Below, piece by piece: positions 26,868-36,983 of a stretch of 64,000 nucleotides of DNA; positions within the stretch are counted from its first letter, which is position 1, and each line of letters begins with the position of its first letter. The stretch covers positions 1 to 64,000 of the IMG/VR virus record IMGVR_UViG_3300027743_000002; one strand, 5' to 3'. Position numbers and translations under genes: made by a program. The notes beneath the pieces were generated by a model. That model had not been told where the DNA came from. It did not search any database and saw nothing but the letters and a program-made list of their open reading frames with translations. The stretch is from a virus.

Positions 26868-27387
26868 ACTTCGCGTCACCGTCAACGAGCCTATCGTCAA
26901 AGTTACCACTACTGGTGACGAAGTAAATGTACGCATTAACGAAGAACCCATTCGAGTTTTTGAAGGCGTAGTTGGACTCTCCGGTTACTCCGGTTACTCT
27001 GGCGCATCTCCTGGGGTCAGCGGGTTTAGTGGTTATTCCGGCAAGTCGGGATTCTCTGCTTATTCAGGCTACAGTGGAACGTCGGGGGCACCTGGGGGTG
27101 ATTCAGGTTATTCAGGCTATTCGGGCAGGTCGGGGTTTTCAGGTAGGTCAGGCTTCTCAGGTGAAGGGTTTTCTGGTTATAGTGGCAAGTCGGGTTTTAC
27201 AGGCATTTCCGGTTTCTCTGGATACAGTGGGCGCAGTGCATTTTCAGGCTACTCAGGAGCCAACCCTGGAGCGTCAGGTTTCAGCGGTTATTCCGGTACA
27301 ACTGCTGGTTTTACTGGCACATTCACGGTAAATGGTGGGGCAAATACCGCCAACGTCACCAATGGTTTAATCACAAGTGTTACTTAA
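26860..27387 (+). CDS. Gly-(F/Y)-Ser triplet repeat protein
   Basis: About 110 aa of SGYSGFSG-type repeats. Confidence 0.8.
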   Translation: MSELRVTVNEPIVKVTTTGDEVNVRINEEPIRVFEGVVGLSGYSGYSGASPGVSGFSGYSGKSGFSAYSGYSGTSGAPGGDSGYSGYSGRSGFSGRSGFSGEGFSGYSGKSGFTGISGFSGYSGRSAFSGYSGANPGASGFSGYSGTTAGFTGTFTVNGGANTANVTNGLITSVT

Positions 27388-27423
27388 GGGATTTTGAGAG
27401 AGATGAGTATGTCAATTTAATCT

Positions 27424-28794
27424 ATGCCGATTTCTTCTCGCTCCCCCAATCGCGTTACCGTCACCGAAGACTATGCCGTTAAATACACGGATGATTACGT
27501 CACTTTTCAGATAGCCGCCGATAAAACGGCTTCTTTACCTCACGCCTCACAATGTCAGTTAGGTTACTTCCAGAAAATCATTATCAATCAATTTGGGCTG
27601 AGTAGTTCAGTCGCCATAGTTCCGCAAGATGGTGACACGTTTGAAGGGGTGAGTTCACTCACTTCTGGTCAATGCGTGACCTTAACTAGCGATGGTATAT
27701 CGAAGTGGTCAAGCGTGTTGGGTCTTTATATCGGAACGACGATGGTGGGCATTTCTGGCTTCTCTGGCCCACAAGGAATGAGTGGTTGGAGTGGTTATTC
27801 CGGCGCGTCAGGCGCAGGCGGTACGGGGCCAGCGGGCGTCTCAGGCTACTCCGGTTTTAGTGGTGGAGGGGTCAGCGGCTTTAGTGGATTCTCTGGCGCG
27901 GGAAGCAGTGGGTTTTCAGGCTACAGCGGCACATCGGGGTTCTCTGGATATTCTGGAAGGTCAGGATTTAGTGGTACGAATGGTTCCAATGGAGTGAGTG
28001 GTTTCAGCGGCTATTCAGCAGTTGGTACATCGGGATTTTCGGGCTTCTCAGGTAGTGCAGGTAGCACGGGGAACACGGGGACTTCTGGATTCAGTGGATA
28101 CTCAGGATATTCTGGCTTCTCTGGCTTGAACGGTTCAACGGGACAAACTGGATCGGCAGGCACGAGCGGTTTCAGCGGGTATAGTGGCAATAACGGCGCA
28201 GCAGGAGCAGGAGGCGCATCGGGCTTCAGTGGTTACAGCGCAGTCGGTTCATCTGGTTTTAGCGGTTATAGCGGACTACCAAGCGCAAGTGGCTTTAGCG
28301 GTTATTCGGGGGTGAGCGGATTTTCCGGTTACAGCGGAATCAGCGGAGTCAATGGCACATCGCCTGCTTATGCTCGCGTGACGGTGGCAGATGCAACCAC
28401 AACGGGCCAAGCGTTAGTAGACATTGCGGGGCTTTCCATTGCGTTGTCTGCGAATGCGGTTTATGAGTATCAAGCCGTGCTTTCAGTGCTCACATCTGCT
28501 GTTACTACGGGTGTGCAATATGGAGTAAACTACAGTGTCGCAGGTGGCGCGGTTGAAGGACAACTTATTGGATCATCGACTGCCACAGCGACTAAATCAG
28601 AGCGAGTGAGCGCGTTGAATACCGCATCAGGGACTTATCTAACGACTTCGGGGCAAAATGGTCAAGTGTTGATGAAAGGGATCGTGACCACGGGAGTCAA
28701 TGCGGGGAATTTGACCATCAAGCATTTGAAAGTTTCGAGCGGAACCGCAACTTGTAGAATCAATTCATTCTTAAAGGTGACAAGAATCAGTTAA
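27424..28794 (+). CDS. Gly-(F/Y)-Ser repeat fibre-like protein with N- and C-terminal globular domains
   Basis: N-domain paralogous to 36444 and 36984; about 200 aa of repeats; beta-rich C-domain. Confidence 0.8.
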   Translation: MPISSRSPNRVTVTEDYAVKYTDDYVTFQIAADKTASLPHASQCQLGYFQKIIINQFGLSSSVAIVPQDGDTFEGVSSLTSGQCVTLTSDGISKWSSVLGLYIGTTMVGISGFSGPQGMSGWSGYSGASGAGGTGPAGVSGYSGFSGGGVSGFSGFSGAGSSGFSGYSGTSGFSGYSGRSGFSGTNGSNGVSGFSGYSAVGTSGFSGFSGSAGSTGNTGTSGFSGYSGYSGFSGLNGSTGQTGSAGTSGFSGYSGNNGAAGAGGASGFSGYSAVGSSGFSGYSGLPSASGFSGYSGVSGFSGYSGISGVNGTSPAYARVTVADATTTGQALVDIAGLSIALSANAVYEYQAVLSVLTSAVTTGVQYGVNYSVAGGAVEGQLIGSSTATATKSERVSALNTASGTYLTTSGQNGQVLMKGIVTTGVNAGNLTIKHLKVSSGTATCRINSFLKVTRIS

Positions 28795-28797
28795 TTT

Positions 28798-31700
28798 ATG
28801 AAGCCACGTTACAGTATTGTTATTCCGACGCACAAACACCTCACCGACGCGCTTATTCCCTGCCTCCAAAGTATCCAAAAATACACTGACCTTTCTGACT
28901 GTGAAATTCTTGTCGTGGCAAATGGTTGTGGCAACGACTTCACGCGAGAGTACGTGCAGACGCTAGGCGCACCCTTCAAACTCATCTGGATAGATGAACA
29001 AGCAGGCTATACAAAATCCGTGAATGCGGGCATCAGAGCCGCGCAAGGCGAGTTCGTCTTACTGCTCAACAATGACTGTCAGATACTTGAAAGTCCTCGC
29101 GGTGAGTGGTTGGAAACTTTGGTTGCTCCGATGGCTGACCCGCAAATAGGGATGGTCGGGATTCACGAACTTTGGAGCGCAGAAATCAACAGCAACTTCA
29201 TCGTGTTTTATTGTGCGCTCATTCGTCGCTCAGTGTTTGATGTTGTCGGTTTACCTGATGAACTGTTCAGCCCTGGTTTCGGTGAGGACATAGACTTCTG
29301 TGCGCGGCTGATGAGAGCAGGATACAAATACGCTAATGTTGATCCAACTGCTAACCAAGCAGGAGAGTTGTGTATCGGTACTTTTCCTTTGTATCACGCG
29401 GGCGGCAAGACCTTTCACGACTCAGCGCATGACGCGGGTTACAAAATAATAGTGGAGCGCAACTTGAAGATTCTGCGCAATCGGTATCAGCCCGTGAAGT
29501 TGTTGGCTGTCTTAGTCAACTTTGGAGTTGAAGGTTTATCGCACTTATATCAGACCATCGACAGTCTCAAGAGTTTCGATTCTCGTTATACAGTGGACAT
29601 TGTTGTCCATTCCAACGTGGCTGTTGGCAGAGACGACATCCGAGAGATTATTCACGCGGAAGCCCCGTGGGGTGATTGGCTCAACTTGCCGTGGAAGTGT
29701 CGGGAAACACTTCACCAAGAACGCGAGAACTACGACCTCTATCTTTATGCCGAACATGACCATCTTTTCACGCAAAGAAACATAGATGCGTTTCTGGAAA
29801 TAACACCCTTTCTGTCGGATGCTGAGATTGCGGGATTTATCGAGTGGGAACATTCCCCTCAAGGGCGATTTTACCCCGCATGGCACGCTGATTATGGATG
29901 GGGTGAATCATTCACGAACGATGCAGGGACATTCGCCAAGTTCACTAATCTACATCAAGGCAGTTTCTTAGCTACCCGTAGGCAATTAGCACGGGCTATC
30001 GCGGTTGGTAAAGAAGCGTTTCTTGACCCACAGCGACGTTTGTTTTCGAGTCCGTATGGCATTCGTGAACGGTGTAACACCGACTTTTACGATACAGGCT
30101 TCAAGAAGGTTATTCCGGTTTCGCGGTTTGAGGACTTTCTGATTCACCATCTGAGCGATCATTACTACGGTGTGTACGGTACGAAGTGCGATTCAGAGAT
30201 GAACAAGGCGTTGGCGGAACTAATTGAGCGTCCCGAAGTCTCCATCATCATTCCTACCTACAATCATTGTGACGATCTACTCCGTCCGTGTCTGGAAAGT
30301 CTGCGGGTTAATACTGACTTGACGCAGACAGAAATCTTAGTGATTTCAAATGGCTGTACCGATGGAACGGATGCTTACGTTAAATCGCTGGGCCATCCCT
30401 TTAAACTGATTAGCCACAGAGCACAACTCGGATTTACGAAAGCAACGAACATCGGGTTACGCGCAGCTCGTGGAAAGTATCTTGTCTTACTCAACAACGA
30501 CACCATCATTCAAGGAAGTGATTGGATTGACTTGATGAAGGCTCCATTCCTTGATCGGAAAGGCGTCGGCATGAGCGGGCCTATGCGCTTCGTGGGAGAA
30601 CCTGACAAGTCCAACGACTTCGTAATGATGTTCTGTTGTTGCACGACAAGGGCAGTTGTGGATGACATTGGCCTCCTTGATGAGCGATTCGCCCCTGGTG
30701 GTGTCGAAGACGTTGACTACGGACTCCGGCTCTTATTAGCCGGATATGAGTTAGTACAAGTACCGGAAAATCACGCAGTCGCATTTGAGCCTGATTTGTC
30801 TACGGGAGCCTTCCCAATCTTCCACAGTGGCAATGCTACTTATCGAGATGAAGCGGGTTGGCACGCGAACTTGATTCGCAACAATGGCCGACTCAAAGCT
30901 AAGTTCCCTGAATACTTCAAGGGCTTAACGTGGATTGAAGAAATGGCCGTGAGTGAACCGCAGCCACTTGATTTTGCGGCTCTCCATGAGCAAATGAAAG
31001 AAGCAGACAGTTGGCTGCATTGGGAAATGTTTGACGTAGACGTGAATCAGGCCAAGCGAGAAGAATTAGCAGGCAAGACCGTCATCGACATTGGGGCCAA
31101 CAAGGGCTTCTTTGCTATTCACGCGTTGGAGTTGGGAGCCAAAGAAGTTTATTGCTTTGAGCCAGTCCATGAAATCTACGAACAGCAGCTTCAACTCGTG
31201 GGTGATATTCCGCAAGTTCATTCCTTTAATTTGGCCGTGTTAGATGGTTCGGTGTCAGAAGTCCACATGCACGAAGCAGGTGTGGTATCGAACATTTGGG
31301 GCGACCCAACTACTTCTCCAACTCCGTGCGTTTCGTTGGTCACAGCGTTGAGTCATGTGCCTGACCATTCCAACATGGTCTTGAAGATTGACTGTGAAGG
31401 CTCAGAGTTTGAAATCCTGTTTCATACGCCTGCCAACGTGATTCGGCAATTCTCAACCATCTACGTTGAGATGCACGACGAAATGAATCCCAACTTTCAA
31501 CACAAGACTCCTGAGTTGTTGAGTTATCTACACTCATTGGGATTCACGAGCGAGCAAGGGCCACAAGCATCAACTTGGTTGGAAGATGGTTCATCCGAAG
31601 AATCTCCCGTGCGTATTTACAAGATGAGACGAAGTGAACAACCGCGTGTGACGGTAATCATTCCTACTTATCAACGCTATGGACTGTTGCGGGAAGCGTT

Positions 31701-34167
31701 GAACTCCGTGCAGGCGCAGACTTATCGAAACATCTGTGCGCTCGTAATAGCTGATGGCCCCGATGCGGAAGTAGAACAAATCGTGGCTGAGTATCAAGCA
31801 CAGAGTTCAGATATTACCTACGCCTACGCAGACGTGCCCCACGAAGGATTTATCAGTGCGCGTTCCAAGATGCGCGGGATTGACTTGCTACCTCTACATG
31901 GTTACGTGTGCTTTCTCGATGATGACAATGTTCTCTTGCCTCAGTATGTCGAGAAGATGGTTGGAGTGCTTGCTGAAGGGAAAGAAGTGGCGATTGGGCA
32001 GATTCTACTCCAGCGCGTCATCGACGGAGAGAATATGGTTAAGACTGCCCCGCCCGATGCAAACTCGTTGGGGTTCTCAGATATTGATGCGCTGAACATT
32101 TTAGTGCAGAACGACATTGCTCGATTGTGTCGGGACGAATGGCACCAAGACAGAGATAAGCCCATCGACCACGACTACCGCTTTATTCAGAAGTGCTTGA
32201 CGCATACGGGCTATGGTTTTGTACCCGAAGTGGTTGCTTTCCATCGGGACATGACTCGCGAGACAGCCAAAGTATTTGATTGTTTCCCCTTCTTTAATGA
32301 GTTGGACTTGTTGGAAATGAGGCTGAGTGAACTCGACAGCGTAGTGGATTACTTCGTGATTGTAGAAGCAAACCAGACCCACAGTGGACAGCCGAAACCG
32401 TTGTACTTAGCAGAGAACATGGAGCGGTTCAAGAAGTGGGAAAAGAAGATTGTGATTCAGGTAGTTGACCTGAGCACGATAGAGTTTGCCAACTTTGACT
32501 TCGACCCTTGTTGGGTGCGTGAACATCTACAGCGAGATTCAGGGCGTGACGTTGTTAATCGAATGGCTAAAAAGGGAGACTTCTGCATCGTCTCGGATGT
32601 AGATGAGATTCCCCGCGCTTCAGCGATACAAGAGTACATCGTGAGTGGACAGTACGAAGTTGGAGTGTTAGCCCTTGAGAGATTTATGTACTTTTTGAAC
32701 TATCGGAATGTGACCACCGATGAGCCACAGTTGAATGCCAAGATTACTCCTTGCGATAAGTTGCAAACTTACAATCTGAATGACATTCGCTTTGCCGATA
32801 AAGAGAACGTGTTACCAACTCGTCGCATTGAATCGGCGGGATGGCATTTTACAATGATGGGCGGATTAGAGAAGGTCATTGAAAAGGTGAAAGCGTTCGC
32901 ACATCAGGAATATGCTGCGCCCGACAAGATAGACCACGAGCGCATGGAGAAGTTGTTTCGTGAAGGCAAGGATGTGTACTCAGCGAACACGACTTGGGAG
33001 ACAGTTGAGATTGACGAAACATTTCCGCAGTACGTGAGAGAACACGAAGATGAGTTGCGGGCAAAGGGTTGGATTAAACCGCAGGAGACGGGAACGGTCA
33101 TCAAGTTACAGGATTGGAAGCAATCTCGGTTGACCGTTACCGCCGAAATCTCTACCAAAGACCGTTATCAAACCACTTTGCCACTAACTATTAGCGCGAT
33201 AATCAATCAGACTCACAAGCCTGAGAAACTAAAAATCTACGATGATGGTGAACAAGCGAATCTCTTTGAACTTGCACCCTTCAGTGGTTTATTGCAGATG
33301 GCAATGGACAAGGGCATTGAAGTAGAAGTGCTGACCACGCCGCGCAAGGGCCAAGTCACTAATCATCAACATTGCCTTGAAAGCGCGACTACAGATGTGA
33401 TTTGGCGTTGCGACGATGACAATATTCCTGAACCTGATTGCCTACACAATCTGCTTGCGGAAATGAAAGAGGGGGTAGGAGCTGTAGGAGGATTGGTTCA
33501 TCATCCAGGCGGTATTAGCCCATTACCCAAAGGCGTTGATGGCTCGTTAAATGATTTAGCGATGGGATTAAATATTGCGTGGTTTGATTGGAACAGCGGC
33601 CCCAAAGAGTGCGAACACTTGTACTCGACTTTCGTGTACAGAGTTTCGTCAGCACGAGAGGTTGGTGGCTATCCTCTTGATTTAAGCCCTTGCGGACACC
33701 GTGAGGAAAGCTGGCTCACCCATAAAATCCATCGAGCAGGGTACAAGGTAATTTGTACGCCCTACGCTCGTACCGCTCACTTGAGAGAAGCAACGGGCGG
33801 CATCCGTACTTATACTGACCCTGCTATGTGGGAGCATGATGAGGGCTTGTTTCAAGCGTATCTACGAGCGATTGGGAAGGTAAGTCCGAAATCCAAAATG
33901 ATGATTCTGGACATGGGCTTAGGTGATCATCTTGTGGCAAAGGCCGTGTTATCAGAGATTCGGAAACGCAACAACAATCAGCATCTCGTCATGGCGGTTT
34001 GTTTCCCAAGTGTGTTTGAAGAAGAACCCAACGTGACGTTGATTTCCATTGCGGACGCTAAGGCAATCGTGGGCCATGGCTACCAACAACATAGTCTGTA
34101 TGCTTGGATGTGGGATAATAATTGGGATGCACCGTTGGCTGACGCCATGATAAAATTCTGGGGATGA
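28798..34167 (+). CDS. Giant multidomain glycosyltransferase: GT2 x4, FkbM methyltransferase, GT17-like, GT9 N-half
   Basis: SIVIPT/LLNND twice, IDIGANKG + LKIDCEGSE, VIIPTY/FLDDD, DCFPFFNELDLLEMRL..VSDVDEIP, WRCDDD, terminal GLGDHL. Confidence 0.85.
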   Translation: MKPRYSIVIPTHKHLTDALIPCLQSIQKYTDLSDCEILVVANGCGNDFTREYVQTLGAPFKLIWIDEQAGYTKSVNAGIRAAQGEFVLLLNNDCQILESPRGEWLETLVAPMADPQIGMVGIHELWSAEINSNFIVFYCALIRRSVFDVVGLPDELFSPGFGEDIDFCARLMRAGYKYANVDPTANQAGELCIGTFPLYHAGGKTFHDSAHDAGYKIIVERNLKILRNRYQPVKLLAVLVNFGVEGLSHLYQTIDSLKSFDSRYTVDIVVHSNVAVGRDDIREIIHAEAPWGDWLNLPWKCRETLHQERENYDLYLYAEHDHLFTQRNIDAFLEITPFLSDAEIAGFIEWEHSPQGRFYPAWHADYGWGESFTNDAGTFAKFTNLHQGSFLATRRQLARAIAVGKEAFLDPQRRLFSSPYGIRERCNTDFYDTGFKKVIPVSRFEDFLIHHLSDHYYGVYGTKCDSEMNKALAELIERPEVSIIIPTYNHCDDLLRPCLESLRVNTDLTQTEILVISNGCTDGTDAYVKSLGHPFKLISHRAQLGFTKATNIGLRAARGKYLVLLNNDTIIQGSDWIDLMKAPFLDRKGVGMSGPMRFVGEPDKSNDFVMMFCCCTTRAVVDDIGLLDERFAPGGVEDVDYGLRLLLAGYELVQVPENHAVAFEPDLSTGAFPIFHSGNATYRDEAGWHANLIRNNGRLKAKFPEYFKGLTWIEEMAVSEPQPLDFAALHEQMKEADSWLHWEMFDVDVNQAKREELAGKTVIDIGANKGFFAIHALELGAKEVYCFEPVHEIYEQQLQLVGDIPQVHSFNLAVLDGSVSEVHMHEAGVVSNIWGDPTTSPTPCVSLVTALSHVPDHSNMVLKIDCEGSEFEILFHTPANVIRQFSTIYVEMHDEMNPNFQHKTPELLSYLHSLGFTSEQGPQASTWLEDGSSEESPVRIYKMRRSEQPRVTVIIPTYQRYGLLREALNSVQAQTYRNICALVIADGPDAEVEQIVAEYQAQSSDITYAYADVPHEGFISARSKMRGIDLLPLHGYVCFLDDDNVLLPQYVEKMVGVLAEGKEVAIGQILLQRVIDGENMVKTAPPDANSLGFSDIDALNILVQNDIARLCRDEWHQDRDKPIDHDYRFIQKCLTHTGYGFVPEVVAFHRDMTRETAKVFDCFPFFNELDLLEMRLSELDSVVDYFVIVEANQTHSGQPKPLYLAENMERFKKWEKKIVIQVVDLSTIEFANFDFDPCWVREHLQRDSGRDVVNRMAKKGDFCIVSDVDEIPRASAIQEYIVSGQYEVGVLALERFMYFLNYRNVTTDEPQLNAKITPCDKLQTYNLNDIRFADKENVLPTRRIESAGWHFTMMGGLEKVIEKVKAFAHQEYAAPDKIDHERMEKLFREGKDVYSANTTWETVEIDETFPQYVREHEDELRAKGWIKPQETGTVIKLQDWKQSRLTVTAEISTKDRYQTTLPLTISAIINQTHKPEKLKIYDDGEQANLFELAPFSGLLQMAMDKGIEVEVLTTPRKGQVTNHQHCLESATTDVIWRCDDDNIPEPDCLHNLLAEMKEGVGAVGGLVHHPGGISPLPKGVDGSLNDLAMGLNIAWFDWNSGPKECEHLYSTFVYRVSSAREVGGYPLDLSPCGHREESWLTHKIHRAGYKVICTPYARTAHLREATGGIRTYTDPAMWEHDEGLFQAYLRAIGKVSPKSKMMILDMGLGDHLVAKAVLSEIRKRNNNQHLVMAVCFPSVFEEEPNVTLISIADAKAIVGHGYQQHSLYAWMWDNNWDAPLADAMIKFWG

Positions 34168-34973
34168 AAGTCGCCAAATTGATAGGAATTTACTGTTTCC
34201 GCAATAACGTAACAAATAAAGTTTATGTGGGAAGCTCTATAGATATTTCCTACCGCAAGCGCAAGCATCTAGAAACACTTCGCGCTAATCGACACCGTAA
34301 TCAATTTTTCCAACGTGCATTTATTAAGTATGGGGAAATTGCGTTTTCATTCTCAGTCCTTGAGACGTGTTTACGGGAAGAATTGCAATTGCGGGAAGAT
34401 TATTGGATCGTCACGCTGAACTCTCTAAATAAAAAATATGGCTACAACTTGGTTAGTGCAGATCGCAGGGAAATATCACCGTCTACCAAAAGAAAAATCA
34501 GTGCAGGGCAAAAACGGAGTTATGAGAATGGGCGTATCCCGTTCAACAAAGGCAGACTGTTTTCTGAAGAACATAAAGCCAATATTAAGCGCGGAATAAG
34601 ACGAACATTTGAAGGTGGTCGTATTTCTGCATTTAAGGGGAAACACGTAGCAGAAGCTACGAAGGTAAAGTTCGCATGGGCATATACGGGACAAAAGGTA
34701 TCTCTAGAAACCCGTCTCAAGATGTCAGAGTCGTCCAAGGGAAACAAGGCATCCTTGGGCCATAAGCAGAGCGCAGCCAGAGTTGAGCATCGTGCGTGGT
34801 TGAACCAAAAGCCTGTTGTGCAATTTCGTAAAGACGGAGTGCTATTGGGTTATTACTGCTCTATTCAACATGCTGCCAAAATGCATGGTATGTCTCCAAC
34901 AACGGTATCTAAGCGTGTACATGGTCATCGAGCAACGGCAGGTGGCTTTGTGTGGAGATTTAGCGGTCAATGA
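34164..34973 (+). CDS. GIY-YIG homing endonuclease with NUMOD-type DNA-binding repeats
   Basis: GIYCFRN..KVYVGSS; GYN; ETRLKMSES; KPVVQF..TAGGFVWRF. Confidence 0.85.
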   Translation: MKVAKLIGIYCFRNNVTNKVYVGSSIDISYRKRKHLETLRANRHRNQFFQRAFIKYGEIAFSFSVLETCLREELQLREDYWIVTLNSLNKKYGYNLVSADRREISPSTKRKISAGQKRSYENGRIPFNKGRLFSEEHKANIKRGIRRTFEGGRISAFKGKHVAEATKVKFAWAYTGQKVSLETRLKMSESSKGNKASLGHKQSAARVEHRAWLNQKPVVQFRKDGVLLGYYCSIQHAAKMHGMSPTTVSKRVHGHRATAGGFVWRFSGQ

Positions 34974-35455
34974 GAATTTTAATTTCGCCGTACGCCGCAA
35001 GGCTTCCAAGCGGCAATCGCAATCCAAAGAATTTTCCGTATTGGGCTGAGTTGGTCAAGATGCTCAACGCCAATGGTCATCACGTTATTCAAATCGGCGT
35101 CAAAGGGGAAGCCCGCATAGACGGGGTAGCAGAATTTCTTCAAGACATACCGTTAAAGGATTTGGTGAATGTTATTAACGGTATTGATGTGTGGTGTTCT
35201 GTAGACAGTTTCCTTCCCCATTTCTGCGCGACTAATCATCTCAAATCAGGCGTCGTAATTTGGTCGCAGGCTTCGCCCAAAATATGGGGCTACCCACACA
35301 ATACAAATCTCTTAAAGGATGAGAAATTTTTGCGAGAGTTTCAGTACGCACCGTGGTGGGACGCGGAATACAACGAAGATGCTTTTGTTGAACCTCAAGT
35401 AGTAATGGATGCACTGCATGGCCGACTCTTTAATAATGCGCCCGCTAAATCCTGA
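34970..35455 (+). CDS. GT9/heptosyltransferase-like C-terminal half
   Basis: KNFPYWAELV..VIQIG..SVDSFLPH..GVVIW..WGY. Confidence 0.7.
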   Translation: MRILISPYAARLPSGNRNPKNFPYWAELVKMLNANGHHVIQIGVKGEARIDGVAEFLQDIPLKDLVNVINGIDVWCSVDSFLPHFCATNHLKSGVVIWSQASPKIWGYPHNTNLLKDEKFLREFQYAPWWDAEYNEDAFVEPQVVMDALHGRLFNNAPAKS

Positions 35456-35900
35456 AACCGAACAAGACCTATTTCGGCTTTCATATTCGTGGCGGATGAA
35501 ACAGAAGCGACACACTCAAGGTGAGCGCATGGCCTTTGAGGAGTTTTCCGCCAACGATCCGACACAGATAGTGCTTGGACTGTTCAACGGTGAACTACAA
35601 GCGGTCTACTTGATTAAGGAGTGGGCACCTGCGCACTATGAAACTCATTTTACCTCAAGCAAAAATGCGCCACGAGAGAACGTGGTAGCGGGAGCAAGGA
35701 AGATTTTGACGTGGTTAATGGAGAATGGGGCAGAGGAAGTAAGTGCTTTTGTTAGGCCAAGAAATAAGCCAGTGTGTCGTTTCGTCGAGGAAGTGGGTTT
35801 TAAGCGTGAGAGTTTGTGTCTTTTTGGTAGACAAGAAGATTTAGATACATGTAGTATGCCCAACAAGTTTGTGAAGTATGTTTGTCAAAGAGGCAACTAG
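35409..35900 (+). CDS. GNAT acetyltransferase-like protein; start probably ATG 35436
   Basis: VSAFVRPRNKPVCRFVEEVGFKRE GNAT motif; precedes the ejection-like gene. Confidence 0.65.
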   Translation: MHCMADSLIMRPLNPETEQDLFRLSYSWRMKQKRHTQGERMAFEEFSANDPTQIVLGLFNGELQAVYLIKEWAPAHYETHFTSSKNAPRENVVAGARKILTWLMENGAEEVSAFVRPRNKPVCRFVEEVGFKRESLCLFGRQEDLDTCSMPNKFVKYVCQRGN

Positions 35901-35941
35901 CCACTCATGGAGTTATCCACATTCGCTCTGTCTGACATAAG

Positions 35942-36433
35942 GTGTGTGCAATCATTGGGTTGAGCGATCAAAAACAGAAGTCGAACCAGACACAACAAAG
36001 CCAATCCACCGCGCAATACGGTTGGCAAGCACCTCCGACGACAGCCTCATTAGATAAACTCCGCAACGAAAAGTTTGAAATTGATCCAGGTCTTGCGGCT
36101 CAATACGGTCAGCAACGCCAAGCATTAGAATCTAGTTTTAACCAACCCACACGGGCATACCTGCCCAAGCAAGTAGAACAACAGCAACTACAATCCGGTC
36201 GAGAGCGATTAGGTCGTGACGAAGCCCAAGCCATGCGCGAGGGTCAGCATGACGTTAATCGACTTAATTACGGGCGTGATCTAGCTGTGGCGGGAATGGA
36301 AGCTCCAACCCTTACCCAAACAGGCAGTACCGGAAGTGGAACATCATCAGGCACTACAGTTCAAAGTGAGTCGCCGTGGAAGATAGGCGCACAAATCGCA
36401 GGACAAGCAGCACCAGCAATGGCTAGTCTTTAG
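35942..36433 (+). CDS. Putative small ejection (DNA transfer) protein; start uncertain
   Basis: Q/S/T-rich, GSTGSGTSSGTT, C-terminal small-residue helix. Confidence 0.55.
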   Translation: MCAIIGLSDQKQKSNQTQQSQSTAQYGWQAPPTTASLDKLRNEKFEIDPGLAAQYGQQRQALESSFNQPTRAYLPKQVEQQQLQSGRERLGRDEAQAMREGQHDVNRLNYGRDLAVAGMEAPTLTQTGSTGSGTSSGTTVQSESPWKIGAQIAGQAAPAMASL

Positions 36434-36443
36434 GAGACTCTTA

Positions 36444-36965
36444 ATGTCACCACCAATTAACAGCGCATACGCCAAGCAGCAATTCAAGACTGATAGCTAC
36501 ACGATCACCGTATCCGACGATATTATACGGTTCACACTTGCGGCTCCTGGTACTGCTACGTTGCCCTTTTCTCGCAACTGCTCGATAGTATCAGGGCAGA
36601 ACCAAAAGATTATTGCTAACGGTGATTCAGGTGGTAATGACCTGACAATCGCTGTGGGCGCAGGCGACACGCTCGTTGGGGAAACAACCTTGAGCGCGGG
36701 TGAGACAGCCTTTATTACTGGCGATGGAGTCTTGATCTGGAATTCCATTGGCGCATCGGGCGTCACGGGCAATTCTGGTTTCTCAGGGTACTCGGCGTTT
36801 TCGGGGTACTCAGGTAAGAGTGGATTTAGTGGTATCTCTGGATTCTCTGGCTTCAGCGGCATCAGTGGCGCGAGCGGCAAGAGCGGATTCAGCGGTTACA
36901 CCGGAATCTCTGGATTCAGCGGTTACTCAGGCACTAGCGGTAGGTCAGGCTATTCCAAAGCCTAA
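36444..36965 (+). CDS. Gly-(F/Y)-Ser repeat protein, paralog A
   Basis: MSPPINS domain plus C-terminal SGFSGYSG run; SD AGGAG. Confidence 0.8.
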   Translation: MSPPINSAYAKQQFKTDSYTITVSDDIIRFTLAAPGTATLPFSRNCSIVSGQNQKIIANGDSGGNDLTIAVGAGDTLVGETTLSAGETAFITGDGVLIWNSIGASGVTGNSGFSGYSAFSGYSGKSGFSGISGFSGFSGISGASGKSGFSGYTGISGFSGYSGTSGRSGYSKA

Positions 36966-36983
36966 CTAGGAGAGATTAAAACA

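Noticed and set aside
26970-28350. SG(F/Y) repeats as DNA tandem repeats or DGR variable regions
   Set aside because: Codons vary synonymously; no reverse transcriptase or adenine-specific TR/VR pair seen
34164-34973. Group I intron or intein around the GIY-YIG gene
   Set aside because: The ORF abuts both neighbours by ATGA overlaps; no flanking intron core or intein termini seen
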